64,000 bases of DNA, taken from assembly GCA_003251635.1 (NCBI GenBank), contig QKEW01000008.1, forward strand, positions 33,489 to 97,488. The letters run 5' to 3'. Below are positions 30,907 through 40,488 of this stretch, one piece after another. How positions within the stretch are numbered: position 1 is the first letter of the stretch; the number at the start of each line of letters is the position of its first letter. The stretch is from a bacterium. GTDB taxonomy: Bacteria > Patescibacteriota > Minisyncoccia > Moranbacterales > GWC2-37-73. The position numbers and the translations under genes are program-made. The notes beneath the pieces are model-generated. The model was not told the DNA's origin and searched no databases. It saw nothing but the letters and a program-made list of their open reading frames with translations.

Positions 30907-31452
30907 ATGGCTATAAAAATAACCTACTTCGTCCACGGAACAACTACCGACAACGAAAAAGAAATTTCATCAGGATGGTTTGATGCAGAGCTTTCTGATT
31001 TAGGGATAAAACAATCAATTGAATTGAAAGATAAAATCAAAAACAAACAATTTGACATTGTTTTTTGCTCTGACCTAAAAAGGGCCATTGACTCTGCCAA
31101 ACTGACTTTTGAAAAAAGTTTACCAATTATACCTGACAAAAGACTACGCGAATGTAACTACGGAAAATATAATGCCAAACCTTCATCGATTGTTGAACCA
31201 ACGCAAGAAAAATGTATTACTGAAAAATTTCCAGAAGGAGAAAGCTATAAAGATGTTAAAATGAGAATTGCAGATTTTCTTGAATTTTTGAAAAAAAATT
31301 ATGATGAAAAATCTGTTGCGATTGTGGCACACAAAGCACCCCAACTTGCTCTAGATGTTTTATTGAAAAATAAAACTTGGGAGCAATCATTTTCGGATGA
31401 TTGGCGTAAAACAAAATCATGGCGGCCTGGCTGGGAATATGAATTAAAGTAA
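30907..31452 (+). CDS. Histidine phosphatase (PGM family)
   Basis: FVHGTT.DN, SDLKRA, LRECNYG, GESY, VAH. Confidence 0.85.
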   Translation: MAIKITYFVHGTTTDNEKEISSGWFDAELSDLGIKQSIELKDKIKNKQFDIVFCSDLKRAIDSAKLTFEKSLPIIPDKRLRECNYGKYNAKPSSIVEPTQEKCITEKFPEGESYKDVKMRIADFLEFLKKNYDEKSVAIVAHKAPQLALDVLLKNKTWEQSFSDDWRKTKSWRPGWEYELK

Positions 31453-31544
31453 TAAATCAGAAAAGCTGTCTGCATCAAATTTCGACCACAACAAAACCGC
31501 CCATTTCTAGGCGGCTTTGTTTTTTATATTGAAATTTGTTTGAT

Positions 31545-32102
31545 TTATTTCACAACCCAGGCTACCAAATTTTGTCTTCCGAACTCAAAAGCCTCAGCTT
31601 TGGTTTCCATATAGATGTCAACGTGGTTACCTTTGATTGCTCCACCGCGATCCTCACAACGAAACTGACCCATCCCTTCAATCTCAATGATAGCACCAAA
31701 GGGAAATTCTGGAGGACAAGCCAAGGTTCTTTTTTCCTCAACTTTGATACCACTAGCGGTGATTCCGGTATTCCAACCACATTCATCAGCAGCTGCAGTA
31801 TAAGCTGAAGCATTAACCGTAAACTTATCTTCGGGAAGATTTTTCCATTTATCCTCCTGTTTAGCCTTCCACTTAGCCAAAATTTCGTCGTTTTTGATCT
31901 CTTGTTCGGTTTTAGGAACAATTTCTTTTTCTTCTTGAATTTCTTCTTTTTTCTCCTGGGAAACTTCCTGGGCAAAATCCTTGGAAATCTCCTCTTTTGT
32001 ATTTGTTTGGGTATTCGTGTTTATTACGCCCTCTGCTATGATCGGTTGAACAATACTGTTCAAGGCAATCGAAGCAGTTGCAATAATATTCACGATACTC
32101 AT
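31545..32102 (-). CDS. 3D-domain protein
   Basis: ASAYT...GITASG...CEDRGGAIKGNHVDIY. Confidence 0.85.
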   Translation of the reverse strand: MSIVNIIATASIALNSIVQPIIAEGVINTNTQTNTKEEISKDFAQEVSQEKKEEIQEEKEIVPKTEQEIKNDEILAKWKAKQEDKWKNLPEDKFTVNASAYTAAADECGWNTGITASGIKVEEKRTLACPPEFPFGAIIEIEGMGQFRCEDRGGAIKGNHVDIYMETKAEAFEFGRQNLVAWVVK

Positions 32103-32218
32103 AAGCTATCGTTACTTTTTAGCCGCTCCTTGGTATTTCTCCGAGGTAACGGGTTGCAACCCTATTTAATTGTCAACTAGACAGTCTAGCACAAAAAAAC
32201 AAAAATGTCAAGGGTTAC

Positions 32219-32334
32219 TCGACATTATTGGCTTAAATAAAGCCTTTTTTTATTAAAATTTTCTCGTTTAGGCCATTTTTTGGCTTGTTTGAGGGTAAAA
32301 TTTAAGACCCTGCATTAAAATTCAATGCAGGGTC
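32219..32334. repeat. 116-bp direct repeat, copy 1 (includes terminator-like hairpin)
   Basis: Near-identical to 33006-33121; ends in GACCCTGCAT-N9-ATGCAGGGTC. Confidence 0.9.
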
Positions 32335-32360
32335 AAAAAATCAAACAAGCTTTTGGAAAT

Positions 32361-32888
32361 TTAAGCTTTGGGACGCAAGTAAGTCGTCATTCTATCAATA
32401 TCGCCAGAATGCTCAAGGGAAGTCGATTTCCACAATAATTCAACCTCCCTATAACCACTGAACGCATAAATAGACGGGATGATAAGATGGTTTTCACTAA
32501 TTATAGCAGACGCCCAGGCGGGCACATAAAAATTAGAAAAAACTCTCTGAAAAAATTTAACACCTTTTTCGCTTATCGCCATTAAATCAGCGAGATTAAG
32601 GCATTTTCCAAGCAAATTTTTTGCAGCAAGTTCTTCATAAACCCCCCTAAAACTTTTGCTAACGTGCGAATACTTTTCCATATCCGCCAAATTGAGCTCA
32701 GTTGGACCGCTTAATTGAAGCTCTGGGTTCATGAATTTTTCTTTTGACAAATGATACGGACGAGCGGGATACTTAGTCCGATCAACAGAAATACTCGTGT
32801 AATAATCAGCAACAAACATCCGCAGCGTAGATTCTGGTATAATTCCTCGATCAATCAATCTTTTAACCTTTTCAGGATCATTTTTCAT
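32361..32888 (-). CDS. Hypothetical protein, paralog of 33146-33712
   Basis: GAAGGAG RBS; shared motifs IPES, PEL...GP.EL, NL.DL.AI..KGV.FF. Confidence 0.75.
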   Translation of the reverse strand: MKNDPEKVKRLIDRGIIPESTLRMFVADYYTSISVDRTKYPARPYHLSKEKFMNPELQLSGPTELNLADMEKYSHVSKSFRGVYEELAAKNLLGKCLNLADLMAISEKGVKFFQRVFSNFYVPAWASAIISENHLIIPSIYAFSGYREVELLWKSTSLEHSGDIDRMTTYLRPKA

Positions 32889-33005
32889 AATAACCGCTCC
32901 TTCATAAGAGTTTTCTAAAATTTTCGGCTTTTTTATAAGAACTTTTGACACGCCCAGTGCGTATCATAATATTATACACATTTCAACGGTTTTGTCAACC
33001 GCAGA

Positions 33006-33121
33006 TCGACATTTTTGGCTTAAATAAAGCCTTTTTTTATTCAAATTTTCTCGTTTAGGCCCTTTTTTGGCTTGTTTGAGGGTAAAATTTAAGACCCTGC
33101 ATTAAAATTCAATGCAGGGTC
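33006..33121. repeat. 116-bp direct repeat, copy 2
   Basis: Near-identical to 32219-32334. Confidence 0.9.
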
Positions 33122-33145
33122 CATAATTTCCATTTAATTTCAACA

Positions 33146-33712
33146 TTAGATGCTAACCAACAGGGGAAAACCTGAACGAACTAGAGCAACCTCGTTAGCG
33201 TCCCACCTGTTCCCAAGCCATTTCCAGCCAATTTGAGATTTATTGGGACTATTACCCAGGGCTGAGAGGCACGGGACAAAAAAGTCACCATCATAACTTT
33301 CAATAACAGACCCCCAAGCATAAGGGATTTCAAGAGAAAAGTAGTTAAGAAAAAAATCAACCCCTTTAGCTTGAATAGCTTTAAGATCGATTAAATTGCA
33401 GCACCAGTCAAGAATACGGCTTTCCTTCAAATAAAAATAGATCATGTTTCCTGTTGCCCCCTTTTTCTGATCAGGATGCAAGCAAAAATTAAACTTCCTT
33501 GCATCAAGCTCAGCCGGACCAACTGACGAAAGCTCCGGATCCCTAAGCTTCTTCATGTAGCCTGGATAATCCAGACCTGAAAAAATAAGCATAGAATTAG
33601 GATCAACAGGAATGATCGGATTCCACTTTTGAATCATTTCTTCCAATGCTGATTCCGGAATCGCCCCCGCTTCAACCAACCTTTCAAACTCTTTTAGACT
33701 TGAGATACTCAT
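33146..33712 (-). CDS. Hypothetical protein (CPR family, WKWLGNRW C-terminus)
   Basis: ORF with AGGGGG RBS; paralog of the adjacent gene. Confidence 0.75.
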   Translation of the reverse strand: MSISSLKEFERLVEAGAIPESALEEMIQKWNPIIPVDPNSMLIFSGLDYPGYMKKLRDPELSSVGPAELDARKFNFCLHPDQKKGATGNMIYFYLKESRILDWCCNLIDLKAIQAKGVDFFLNYFSLEIPYAWGSVIESYDGDFFVPCLSALGNSPNKSQIGWKWLGNRWDANEVALVRSGFPLLVSI

Positions 33713-33899
33713 AGTAACCCCCTTACTTTCTATGGATTTACGTTAATGAAAAATCAGCTCTTGTTTAAATAACTCTACACTAAAATTAAGTGTATCAATG
33801 AATTGTACATATATCCAAAACATTTTGTCAACCAAATTTCAAAAAAACGACTATGAAAAGCCGTTTTTAGAGAAAATAAAGTTTGAAAACTAGAAAAGA

Positions 33900-34289
33900 C
33901 TATTTTTTCCAAAGCCCGTGGACGTTGCAAAACTCGCGGACAGTTTCGATTTCATCTGATTTGAGGCAAAATTCAGCTTGAGGCTGGTCGCCGGGATTCA
34001 AGAACTTGCGATAATTTTTCCCATCTTTGGTGATCACTTCAATCCAATTGATCCAATGTTCAGCTTCCATTGGGTGAGGCACTTCACCGACTTTGACCAA
34101 AATGCTATTTTCGCCCTCTTCAATCACCGGCACGTGCTTTTCCAAACCTTGATCCTGAGTTTTGGCTTCCAAAAGCTCCATCGGCTGACCACAGCAAACC
34201 AACTCACCGCCGCCGGCCGTCAAAACTTCCACAATATTGCCACAAATCGAACACTTATAAACTTCGTTTTTTTCCTTAACATTAGCCAT
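33900..34289 (-). CDS. dfx: Desulfoferrodoxin / superoxide reductase
   Basis: YKCSICGN...CCGQPM, EKHVP, HPM..EHWI, CNVHGLW. Confidence 0.95.
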   Translation of the reverse strand: MANVKEKNEVYKCSICGNIVEVLTAGGGELVCCGQPMELLEAKTQDQGLEKHVPVIEEGENSILVKVGEVPHPMEAEHWINWIEVITKDGKNYRKFLNPGDQPQAEFCLKSDEIETVREFCNVHGLWKK

Positions 34290-34366
34290 ATTTTTGTTCT
34301 TAGAAATTACGCTTTTAGTACTGATCCGCCAGGATTTTTATTTCAGAAAGATTTTTTTTAATTCCA

Positions 34367-35146
34367 CTAAAAACTAACTTGTTTCCCAGAAAATCTCTCT
34401 TTTTTATCAATTTCCGGCAATAATTTCCAAACTAAATTGAAAAGATGCTTCAAAGTGTCGTGAATTTCAATACCTTCAATTATCAAACCAATTTCTTCCT
34501 TAGCAGAAATCATCGCCACGTGCTGATGACCATAAATATCAATTTCCACTGAAAAAGGAAAATCTTGCTGATCAATAAGCTTGGTCGCTCGCCTGTGCAA
34601 TTGATCATTTTGAATATAGTCCCGCAATAAACTTTTATCATTTGGCCCTATCGCCCTGGCGTGCACCCCCTTTAGAATTCTCCTTTTGACATAATCATCC
34701 ACCCATTCTTTCCCTAGAATGTCCACAATATCATAGGAAAAAAATCCCAAAATTTCTTTTCCCGGCTGTCTCAATGTATCTTCATAAACTTCTTTGAGCC
34801 CATCTCTTCCTTCATAATAGCGCACCTTGGGCTTGCCAACTTTAGAATTATGAATTGACTGAAGCTGAGGCAATATTTCAGAAAACATCCTCTCCTTATT
34901 TTTCATTTCCCGAAGAATTTTTTCCGGTGCTTCCCCGACAAAAAACCTTTTCTTGCCCTTCATTGCCTGAGAAACCATGCCCTGTTCGATTAATTCCAAA
35001 AGAACATTGTACGTCGTTGTTCTTTTGATGTGAGATTTTTTGGAAATTTCAATAACATTGGCACTGCCCAATTCCAAAGCCGCCAAATATACGTCGGCTT
35101 TTTTGCCAACCAATCCCAGTGAATTTAATACCGATTTTACCTCCAT
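34367..35146 (-). CDS. TrmB-family transcriptional regulator
   Basis: VYLAALELG..IKRTTTYN; PKVRYYEG. Confidence 0.9.
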   Translation of the reverse strand: MEVKSVLNSLGLVGKKADVYLAALELGSANVIEISKKSHIKRTTTYNVLLELIEQGMVSQAMKGKKRFFVGEAPEKILREMKNKERMFSEILPQLQSIHNSKVGKPKVRYYEGRDGLKEVYEDTLRQPGKEILGFFSYDIVDILGKEWVDDYVKRRILKGVHARAIGPNDKSLLRDYIQNDQLHRRATKLIDQQDFPFSVEIDIYGHQHVAMISAKEEIGLIIEGIEIHDTLKHLFNLVWKLLPEIDKKERFSGKQVSF

Positions 35147-35341
35147 TTTAATTATATTTAATCTTTTTGACCACTGTTTTCGTCAACATTTAAAGAATAC
35201 CACAGGGTCTTTATTATGTCAATTTTGGCTTATTTTAAGAGTTATACACTAAAATCGATATTTACTTTTATTGAAAATTGACTTGTTTTATGGACATTTT
35301 TCAGAATTAATTATAAAATTGTATGTTATTAAAAAATTTGC

Positions 35342-35417
35342 GACAGGGTAGCTCATTGGTAGAGCACGTCCATTTCATACAAGGACGAGGCAGGAGGTTC
35401 AATTCCTTCCCCTGTTA
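35342..35417 (+). tRNA. Non-canonical tRNA(CAT)-like RNA with extended anticodon arm
   Basis: GACAGGG/CCCTGTT acceptor; GCTC-ATTGGTA-GAGC D arm; CGTCC..GGACG enclosing 11 nt; GGAGG-TTCAATT-CCTTC T arm. Confidence 0.75.
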
Positions 35418-35419
35418 CT

Positions 35420-36517
35420 ATGTCAAAAAGCAATTGGTACAACGATATAGAATCCGAAATTTCCAACTTAACTTCCCTGGGTCTTTTAAAGGCGCTTAAT
35501 AAATTTAAAAGATCAGAAAGAACAATATTAGCCAATCTTTTCATAAAGAAAATAAACCAAAACAAAAATTTCCGTCCTCTGGTTTTCTATGTGGGGTATT
35601 GCCTGGCTAAAGGTCAAAAATTGATCGGCATCGAATTACTGCCGGAAAAAGAAAAACTTCTTATAGGTGATATAACTGCGGCCCTGGAAATTGAAAACAT
35701 TTCAACTTATTATTTTAATCATTACTTAGACAACAAATCCGATATAAAAAATAAACAAAATGAAAAAAATCGCGTTTTAGCCGGAATGTTATGTAGAAAT
35801 ATTCAACAAGAAATAATTGAGGAGTTAGACGTCAATACTCGAATTAAATTTAAAATAACCAAAATTCTCAGACAAATTGATCAAGACATCACAAAAGCCC
35901 AAATTCACGAAATTAACACCGGGATTTTTGAAAATATGGGTGAATTTTCAGATGAAAAAGAGTTTCGGGATGTCTATTTTGAAAGATGTCGAAAAATCAG
36001 CGGACAGTTTTACGGACGCTGCGCTGAAATAGGTTACATAATCGGATCAAATAGCACAGCCAGATCTAAAGATAAACAAATGATAAAAAATTTTTACACC
36101 GAAATGGCCACTTTAGGACAATTTGGAAATGATATTGGAGATTATGCGCTTGCCGATACTCATAGTGGAACGATTGAAAAAAATTTCTACAAAGATTACG
36201 GCAGCGACTTTAAGAATCAGCGCCTAACTTACCCGAATTATTTGTTGCTAAAAAGACTTATTAGCCCAAAAGATGAAGAAATCGTGACTTCAATTTTAAA
36301 AAAAGGATTTACTAAACAAACAATACCTGTTTTTATTAAACTAATGAAAAAATTAGAAATCTTTGATGATTCTTTCTTGCTTCTAAACAATCGCTTCAAT
36401 CAAATCAAAAAAACATTGACGCTACCAAGGTCTGAATTAAGAACACTTGTCTCCAGTTCTGTTATAGTTTTTAGATCCAATAAATTATTAAATTCCGTGA
36501 AAAATTCCCTAAAATAA
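35420..36517 (+). CDS. Class I isoprenoid synthase (polyprenyl synthetase) fold protein with degenerate motifs
   Basis: FRPL, ALEIENISTYYFNHYLD (first Asp-rich position), Y..RC.KISG, GQFGNDIGD, GSDFKNQRLTYP. Confidence 0.7.
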   Translation: MSKSNWYNDIESEISNLTSLGLLKALNKFKRSERTILANLFIKKINQNKNFRPLVFYVGYCLAKGQKLIGIELLPEKEKLLIGDITAALEIENISTYYFNHYLDNKSDIKNKQNEKNRVLAGMLCRNIQQEIIEELDVNTRIKFKITKILRQIDQDITKAQIHEINTGIFENMGEFSDEKEFRDVYFERCRKISGQFYGRCAEIGYIIGSNSTARSKDKQMIKNFYTEMATLGQFGNDIGDYALADTHSGTIEKNFYKDYGSDFKNQRLTYPNYLLLKRLISPKDEEIVTSILKKGFTKQTIPVFIKLMKKLEIFDDSFLLLNNRFNQIKKTLTLPRSELRTLVSSSVIVFRSNKLLNSVKNSLK

Positions 36518-36538
36518 AAAACTCAAAGTAAAGAATCT

Positions 36539-37318
36539 CTAATTATTGAACTTTGCATTACTCCATGTCAATTCAAACAAGGCTTTCAAGATATTGGACA
36601 GGGCACTGCTTTCTATCAAAATTCCCATGCGATTCGGTTCTTTGAGCAAAGCCATGACAACTTTGTTTTCATAAACATTAATTTCTCCACCAAAAAGCTC
36701 GATTCCTTTAAGCTGCTGTTTTTTTATCCAACGATATTCAGTATATTTGAACGATCCTTGATAGTCTTCAAGCCAACTTCTGGCTATTGGAGTATCTAAA
36801 AGCAATATTCTTTCATGAATTTTATTTTTACTTCGCTCCCTATTGTAACTTCTTGCCCAAGTGCGAAAGTCAGGCACGTCCCAACCCTCCACATCCATAA
36901 TTGATAAAATTTCACTTCTTGATTTGAGGGTTTCTTCAAAAATATTTTTAACTCCTTCGATCCCCTCTTGATATTTAATTGTGGGCTTATCCGCAAATTT
37001 ATAAAGAGAAACAAGATCAGGAAGCTTTTGCTCGACTTTTTCCAATGTTCTCTGCCATTGATTCTTTTTATTTTTTATGTGTTGGATAAGCCTTTGAGGA
37101 TGTTCGGCGCTGAAAACTATCTTAGCTCCCTTGCCAGAAACCTGATCAACTAATCCATACCAGCCCAATTTTTCCAAAACATGATAACCCAATGTTCTTG
37201 TAATGCCCGCCTTTTTGGTAATTTCACTGACAGTTGAAGGACCAAGCTCAAGTAAGGCCAAATACACTTTGGCTTCCGTTTCTTCCAGGCCTAACTCTTG
37301 AATGGTTTTTTCATTCAT
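36539..37318 (-). CDS. TrmB-family transcriptional regulator
   Basis: LGLEETEAKVYLALLELG; PTIKYQEG; TTGACA-N17-TATTTT ends 6 nt before the ATG. Confidence 0.9.
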   Translation of the reverse strand: MNEKTIQELGLEETEAKVYLALLELGPSTVSEITKKAGITRTLGYHVLEKLGWYGLVDQVSGKGAKIVFSAEHPQRLIQHIKNKKNQWQRTLEKVEQKLPDLVSLYKFADKPTIKYQEGIEGVKNIFEETLKSRSEILSIMDVEGWDVPDFRTWARSYNRERSKNKIHERILLLDTPIARSWLEDYQGSFKYTEYRWIKKQQLKGIELFGGEINVYENKVVMALLKEPNRMGILIESSALSNILKALFELTWSNAKFNN

Positions 37319-37519
37319 GCCCACAAAATAACAAATTTCGAGCATTGTGTCAATAATATTTTACATTTTGAACAAATATTTATTATTTTACCTTATTTAA
37401 GATATTTTTTATACTTATTTTGTATTTTCATATTTACTTTATTTTCAATTTAATTAAACTTACTCGTTATGATGAATTATCGTAACCAGCAACTTAACAA
37501 CAAAACGAGGAGGTGTCAG

Positions 37520-37729
37520 ATGAAATTTAGCGATCTTCCAATAGGTGCAACTTTTGTATATAAAGCGCTCTTTGAACTTTTTTTATTTGTAAATACAAAT
37601 GAAGAAGATGCCTTAAAAGCATGCAAGGAATATGCACTAGAAAAAAGAAGCGACACCGAAGCATTCTCAAAAAGAAGTGTGAAAACATATAATATTCCAA
37701 AAGATCAAGTAATAAGAATCCTTGAATAA
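37520..37729 (+). CDS. Small hypothetical protein
   Basis: GAGGAGGT RBS; MKFSDLPIGATF. Confidence 0.65.
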   Translation: MKFSDLPIGATFVYKALFELFLFVNTNEEDALKACKEYALEKRSDTEAFSKRSVKTYNIPKDQVIRILE

Positions 37730-37811
37730 AAAGAAGAACGACATGAACACCAACACTCATTGGAAGCAATGCTACAGAATAGTAAAATTATTCATACAAA
37801 CGAGGTGGGCC

Positions 37812-38009
37812 ATGACCGACAAAGAAAGACTACAGGAACTAAGAGAAACAGCCCAGACTGTCATTGTTCTTGTCATAATTGTCATTATTGCGGTGATCTA
37901 CCTAAGCCGCATTGCCGATTGGTCCAAAATTGATTGCCTAAAGGCAAGCCTAGTTCTTATTGGTTGTCTGCTTGGATCCCTGCTGGGCAAAATTTTTGAA
38001 GAAGATTGA
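37812..38009 (+). CDS. Small 2-TM membrane protein
   Basis: GAGGT RBS; paralog at 41496-41687. Confidence 0.65.
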   Translation: MTDKERLQELRETAQTVIVLVIIVIIAVIYLSRIADWSKIDCLKASLVLIGCLLGSLLGKIFEED

Positions 38010-38042
38010 ATTTACAAAAAACAAGTTGAGAAGGAGAACCTT

Positions 38043-38363
38043 ATGAAAATCATCAAAAAATCCAAAATGATAGAAAATCAAAAAAAACCTTGGGTAATTA
38101 AAATTAAATGTAATGGCAATATCAAGACAGGGTCCAGGGGGTGTGGATCCATAATAAGTGTTGGGGAGAAAGATTTAAAATGCTTCAAGCGAGAGGATAG
38201 GGATTCTTTGCAAGAATATCTCAGTGCTCTTTGCCCCGTATGCGGATCTATTTTATTAAAACCCAAAGATGTACCTCTCTATGTTCGTATTCGATGGTTC
38301 AAAGCACACATAAAAAGAAATCCTGTATATGACGATGCTACGCCCTATGCAGAACAGACTTAA
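38043..38363 (+). CDS. Small Zn-ribbon-like protein
   Basis: AAGGAG RBS; C...GCGS and CPVCG. Confidence 0.7.
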   Translation: MKIIKKSKMIENQKKPWVIKIKCNGNIKTGSRGCGSIISVGEKDLKCFKREDRDSLQEYLSALCPVCGSILLKPKDVPLYVRIRWFKAHIKRNPVYDDATPYAEQT

Positions 38364-38375
38364 TAAGGAGGATTT

Positions 38376-38870
38376 ATGGGAATGCAAAAAAGAGATGAGC
38401 TATTAAAGAAAGGAACGCCTGAGAGACCGTTTTATCTTTTACAGATTGAATGGGCAAAGCCATTTTGCGGTAAACTAGAGATTGTTCCTTATTTATTTGT
38501 CGAGGAACATGAGCTTGGACCAAAGCTTGTCATGAAACACATATGGCCCGACTTGTCTCATATCGATTTATCTATTCCAGTAGCCTTCTGGTTTCAAGAA
38601 AAATCAGGGATAATGTCGCTTGAGACAAACAGATCAAGCTTGATCAAACTAGCCTGCGAAATTGAAGAAAACTACAACATTTACGCCTCCGATGAAGAAA
38701 TGCAGATCAATGCTGCACTTGTAATTGGATTTTGCGATCAAAAAATGCTCACCGAAAAAGGAAATGGACTGCCAACTGCAGTAAAATTTTTCACAATCGA
38801 AGTTCGACCACCTAAAAATCTCGGCCAAAAAGATTGGGAGATCCTAAAGAAGTGGCAAATAATCGAATAG
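38376..38870 (+). CDS. Hypothetical protein
   Basis: AAGGAGG RBS; 164-aa ORF followed by a hairpin. Confidence 0.7.
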   Translation: MGMQKRDELLKKGTPERPFYLLQIEWAKPFCGKLEIVPYLFVEEHELGPKLVMKHIWPDLSHIDLSIPVAFWFQEKSGIMSLETNRSSLIKLACEIEENYNIYASDEEMQINAALVIGFCDQKMLTEKGNGLPTAVKFFTIEVRPPKNLGQKDWEILKKWQIIE

Positions 38871-38873
38871 TAA

Positions 38874-38909
38874 TAACCCCGCACAGCAAACACGCTGTGT
38901 GGGGTTATT
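38874..38909 (+). terminator. Intrinsic terminator-like hairpin
   Basis: TAACCCCGCACAGC-N-GCTGTGTGGGGTTA. Confidence 0.65.
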
Positions 38910-38936
38910 TCAATTCCAACCTAAATTAAGAAACAA

Positions 38937-38997
38937 AAAAACAGGCTTTAACCAAAGCCTGTTTTTAAGTGAGCGGGCTAGTTAATACGGTTAGAAC
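38937..38997. repeat. Module-boundary repeat, copy 1 (hairpin + CTAGTTAATACGGTTAGAAC)
   Basis: Related copies at 40355-40454 and 42644-42706. Confidence 0.8.
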
Positions 38998-39000
38998 TTT

Positions 39001-39687
39001 TTATTCATCAAATAACGATTTGTATTGTAGATTGACATAAAGTGCTTCTATTATAGATTGTACGAATCTTGCAATATTAATGTCGTCAATTCGATAGAAA
39101 TAATTATTTTTTCTTGAAAAGAAAATAACTGATCTACTAAAAGAAACTAAAACGCAAGGTCCAGAAAGTGTTTCTACCATAAATCTTGCCGATCCACTAC
39201 GTCTTTTTATTTCCCGAGCAAGTTCGTCAGTCTGTATATTTCTAAACAATGCCAGCGCCTTAGCACTGCCTATTCCTTTTAATACAATTCCCCTATCCGC
39301 AATCGCCTTTTGCCATTTAGGCAAACCTTTCTCGTTTTTCAAAAGATATTCTATTTCTTCATCCGACTCTATTGAATAGATTATGTCACCTTTTCGTAAC
39401 CCTAGCATTTCAACTAAGAGATCCTCAATTTTCTTTTTTGCATCATACGTATCACTCTTAACTAAGCTATTTGAAATCAAGGTATATTCAAATTTTTCTT
39501 TTTGGATAACATTTTTTCGCATTAATGAAAATATGGCATTATAAATACTTGTGCGAGCAAGTTTTAAACCTTCTGAAATTTCAGAAATGGATGCTTTTTT
39601 CTTCTTAAATTTCAAAAAACTCACAACCTTTTCTTCGGTTGGAGTAAATACCATATACTCTAATTCCTTTTTTAGTCTTTTTTTCAT
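39001..39687 (-). CDS. TrmB-like winged-helix regulator
   Basis: FTPTEEKV..LARTSIYNAI; C-terminal R..RGI.L.GI. Confidence 0.75.
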   Translation of the reverse strand: MKKRLKKELEYMVFTPTEEKVVSFLKFKKKKASISEISEGLKLARTSIYNAIFSLMRKNVIQKEKFEYTLISNSLVKSDTYDAKKKIEDLLVEMLGLRKGDIIYSIESDEEIEYLLKNEKGLPKWQKAIADRGIVLKGIGSAKALALFRNIQTDELAREIKRRSGSARFMVETLSGPCVLVSFSRSVIFFSRKNNYFYRIDDINIARFVQSIIEALYVNLQYKSLFDE

Positions 39688-39781
39688 ATGTACATTAATT
39701 GTACATATTTTTACATTTTAGTCAAGTTAGATTATCGTGTGCTGTTGGCGAGCACCTTAACATACACCAAAGGAGGAGCTT

Positions 39782-40063
39782 ATGAGCATGCTAAAAACCC
39801 AAGGGGTAGCGGAGCGGAAATTTAAAGAAATTAAACCTGGAGAAAAATTCATACTATTCAAAGAAGAGGGTGATGGGGGTGGCATGTCTTCGGTTATAAT
39901 TCTTTATCCTTCCGAATCAATACTTATCAAATTGGATACCTCCATGTTTAAAGGAGAAGCATTTAAGTTTTTCAGATTTGAATTTAATGCTGTAAATTTA
40001 AGCACAGGAAAAATTGAACAAATAGACGACACTGCTCGTGTACAAAGGATCTGCTTTGATTAA
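39782..40063 (+). CDS. Small hypothetical protein
   Basis: AGGAGGAG RBS; KFKEIKPGEKF resembles the start of the 37520 protein. Confidence 0.7.
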   Translation: MSMLKTQGVAERKFKEIKPGEKFILFKEEGDGGGMSSVIILYPSESILIKLDTSMFKGEAFKFFRFEFNAVNLSTGKIEQIDDTARVQRICFD

Positions 40064-40080
40064 TACCAAGGAGGTTGATC

Positions 40081-40320
40081 ATGAATCATTTCACTTATGA
40101 AGCCAAACAAATGCAAACTGAAACTGAAAGTAGGGGCTTAAATAGATGCATAATATGTGGATTCAGGTGGAAAAATGAAGCTGAAAAGGAGCATATCTGT
40201 ACAGATTATATGGTGCCTGCTGATGTTGTATACTGCGTACTTGATCCTGCGGCTGCCATTATTGACACAACCTGGATCAAAAAGAGCTTGCTTGAATTAT
40301 TTCCAAATATCAAAGTATAA
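40081..40320 (+). CDS. Small hypothetical protein with CxxC
   Basis: AGGAGGT RBS; RCIICG. Confidence 0.65.
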   Translation: MNHFTYEAKQMQTETESRGLNRCIICGFRWKNEAEKEHICTDYMVPADVVYCVLDPAAAIIDTTWIKKSLLELFPNIKV

Positions 40321-40354
40321 GTGAAAAAAGTTCTAACCAATATTTAATGGTACC

Positions 40355-40454
40355 AAAAACAGGCTTTAAACAAAGCCTGTTTTTTAGGTTCGCCACTTAG
40401 TTAATACAGCCTGCCCCGAAGCAAGCCTCACTCTGCTACTGGGCTTAGAACTGG
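40355..40454. repeat. Module-boundary repeat, copy 2, with 35-nt insertion at 40410-40444
   Basis: Same hairpin and TTAATACRG|TTAGAAC motif as copy 1. Confidence 0.8.
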
Positions 40455-40488
40455 GTTCATTAAAAAATCCTTTCTTAAGGTTTTTTAA

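Noticed and set aside
38978-38997. Boundary motif as a dif/pdif site
   Set aside because: TAA-TTA spacing is 5 nt rather than 6, and there is no XerD-arm consensus
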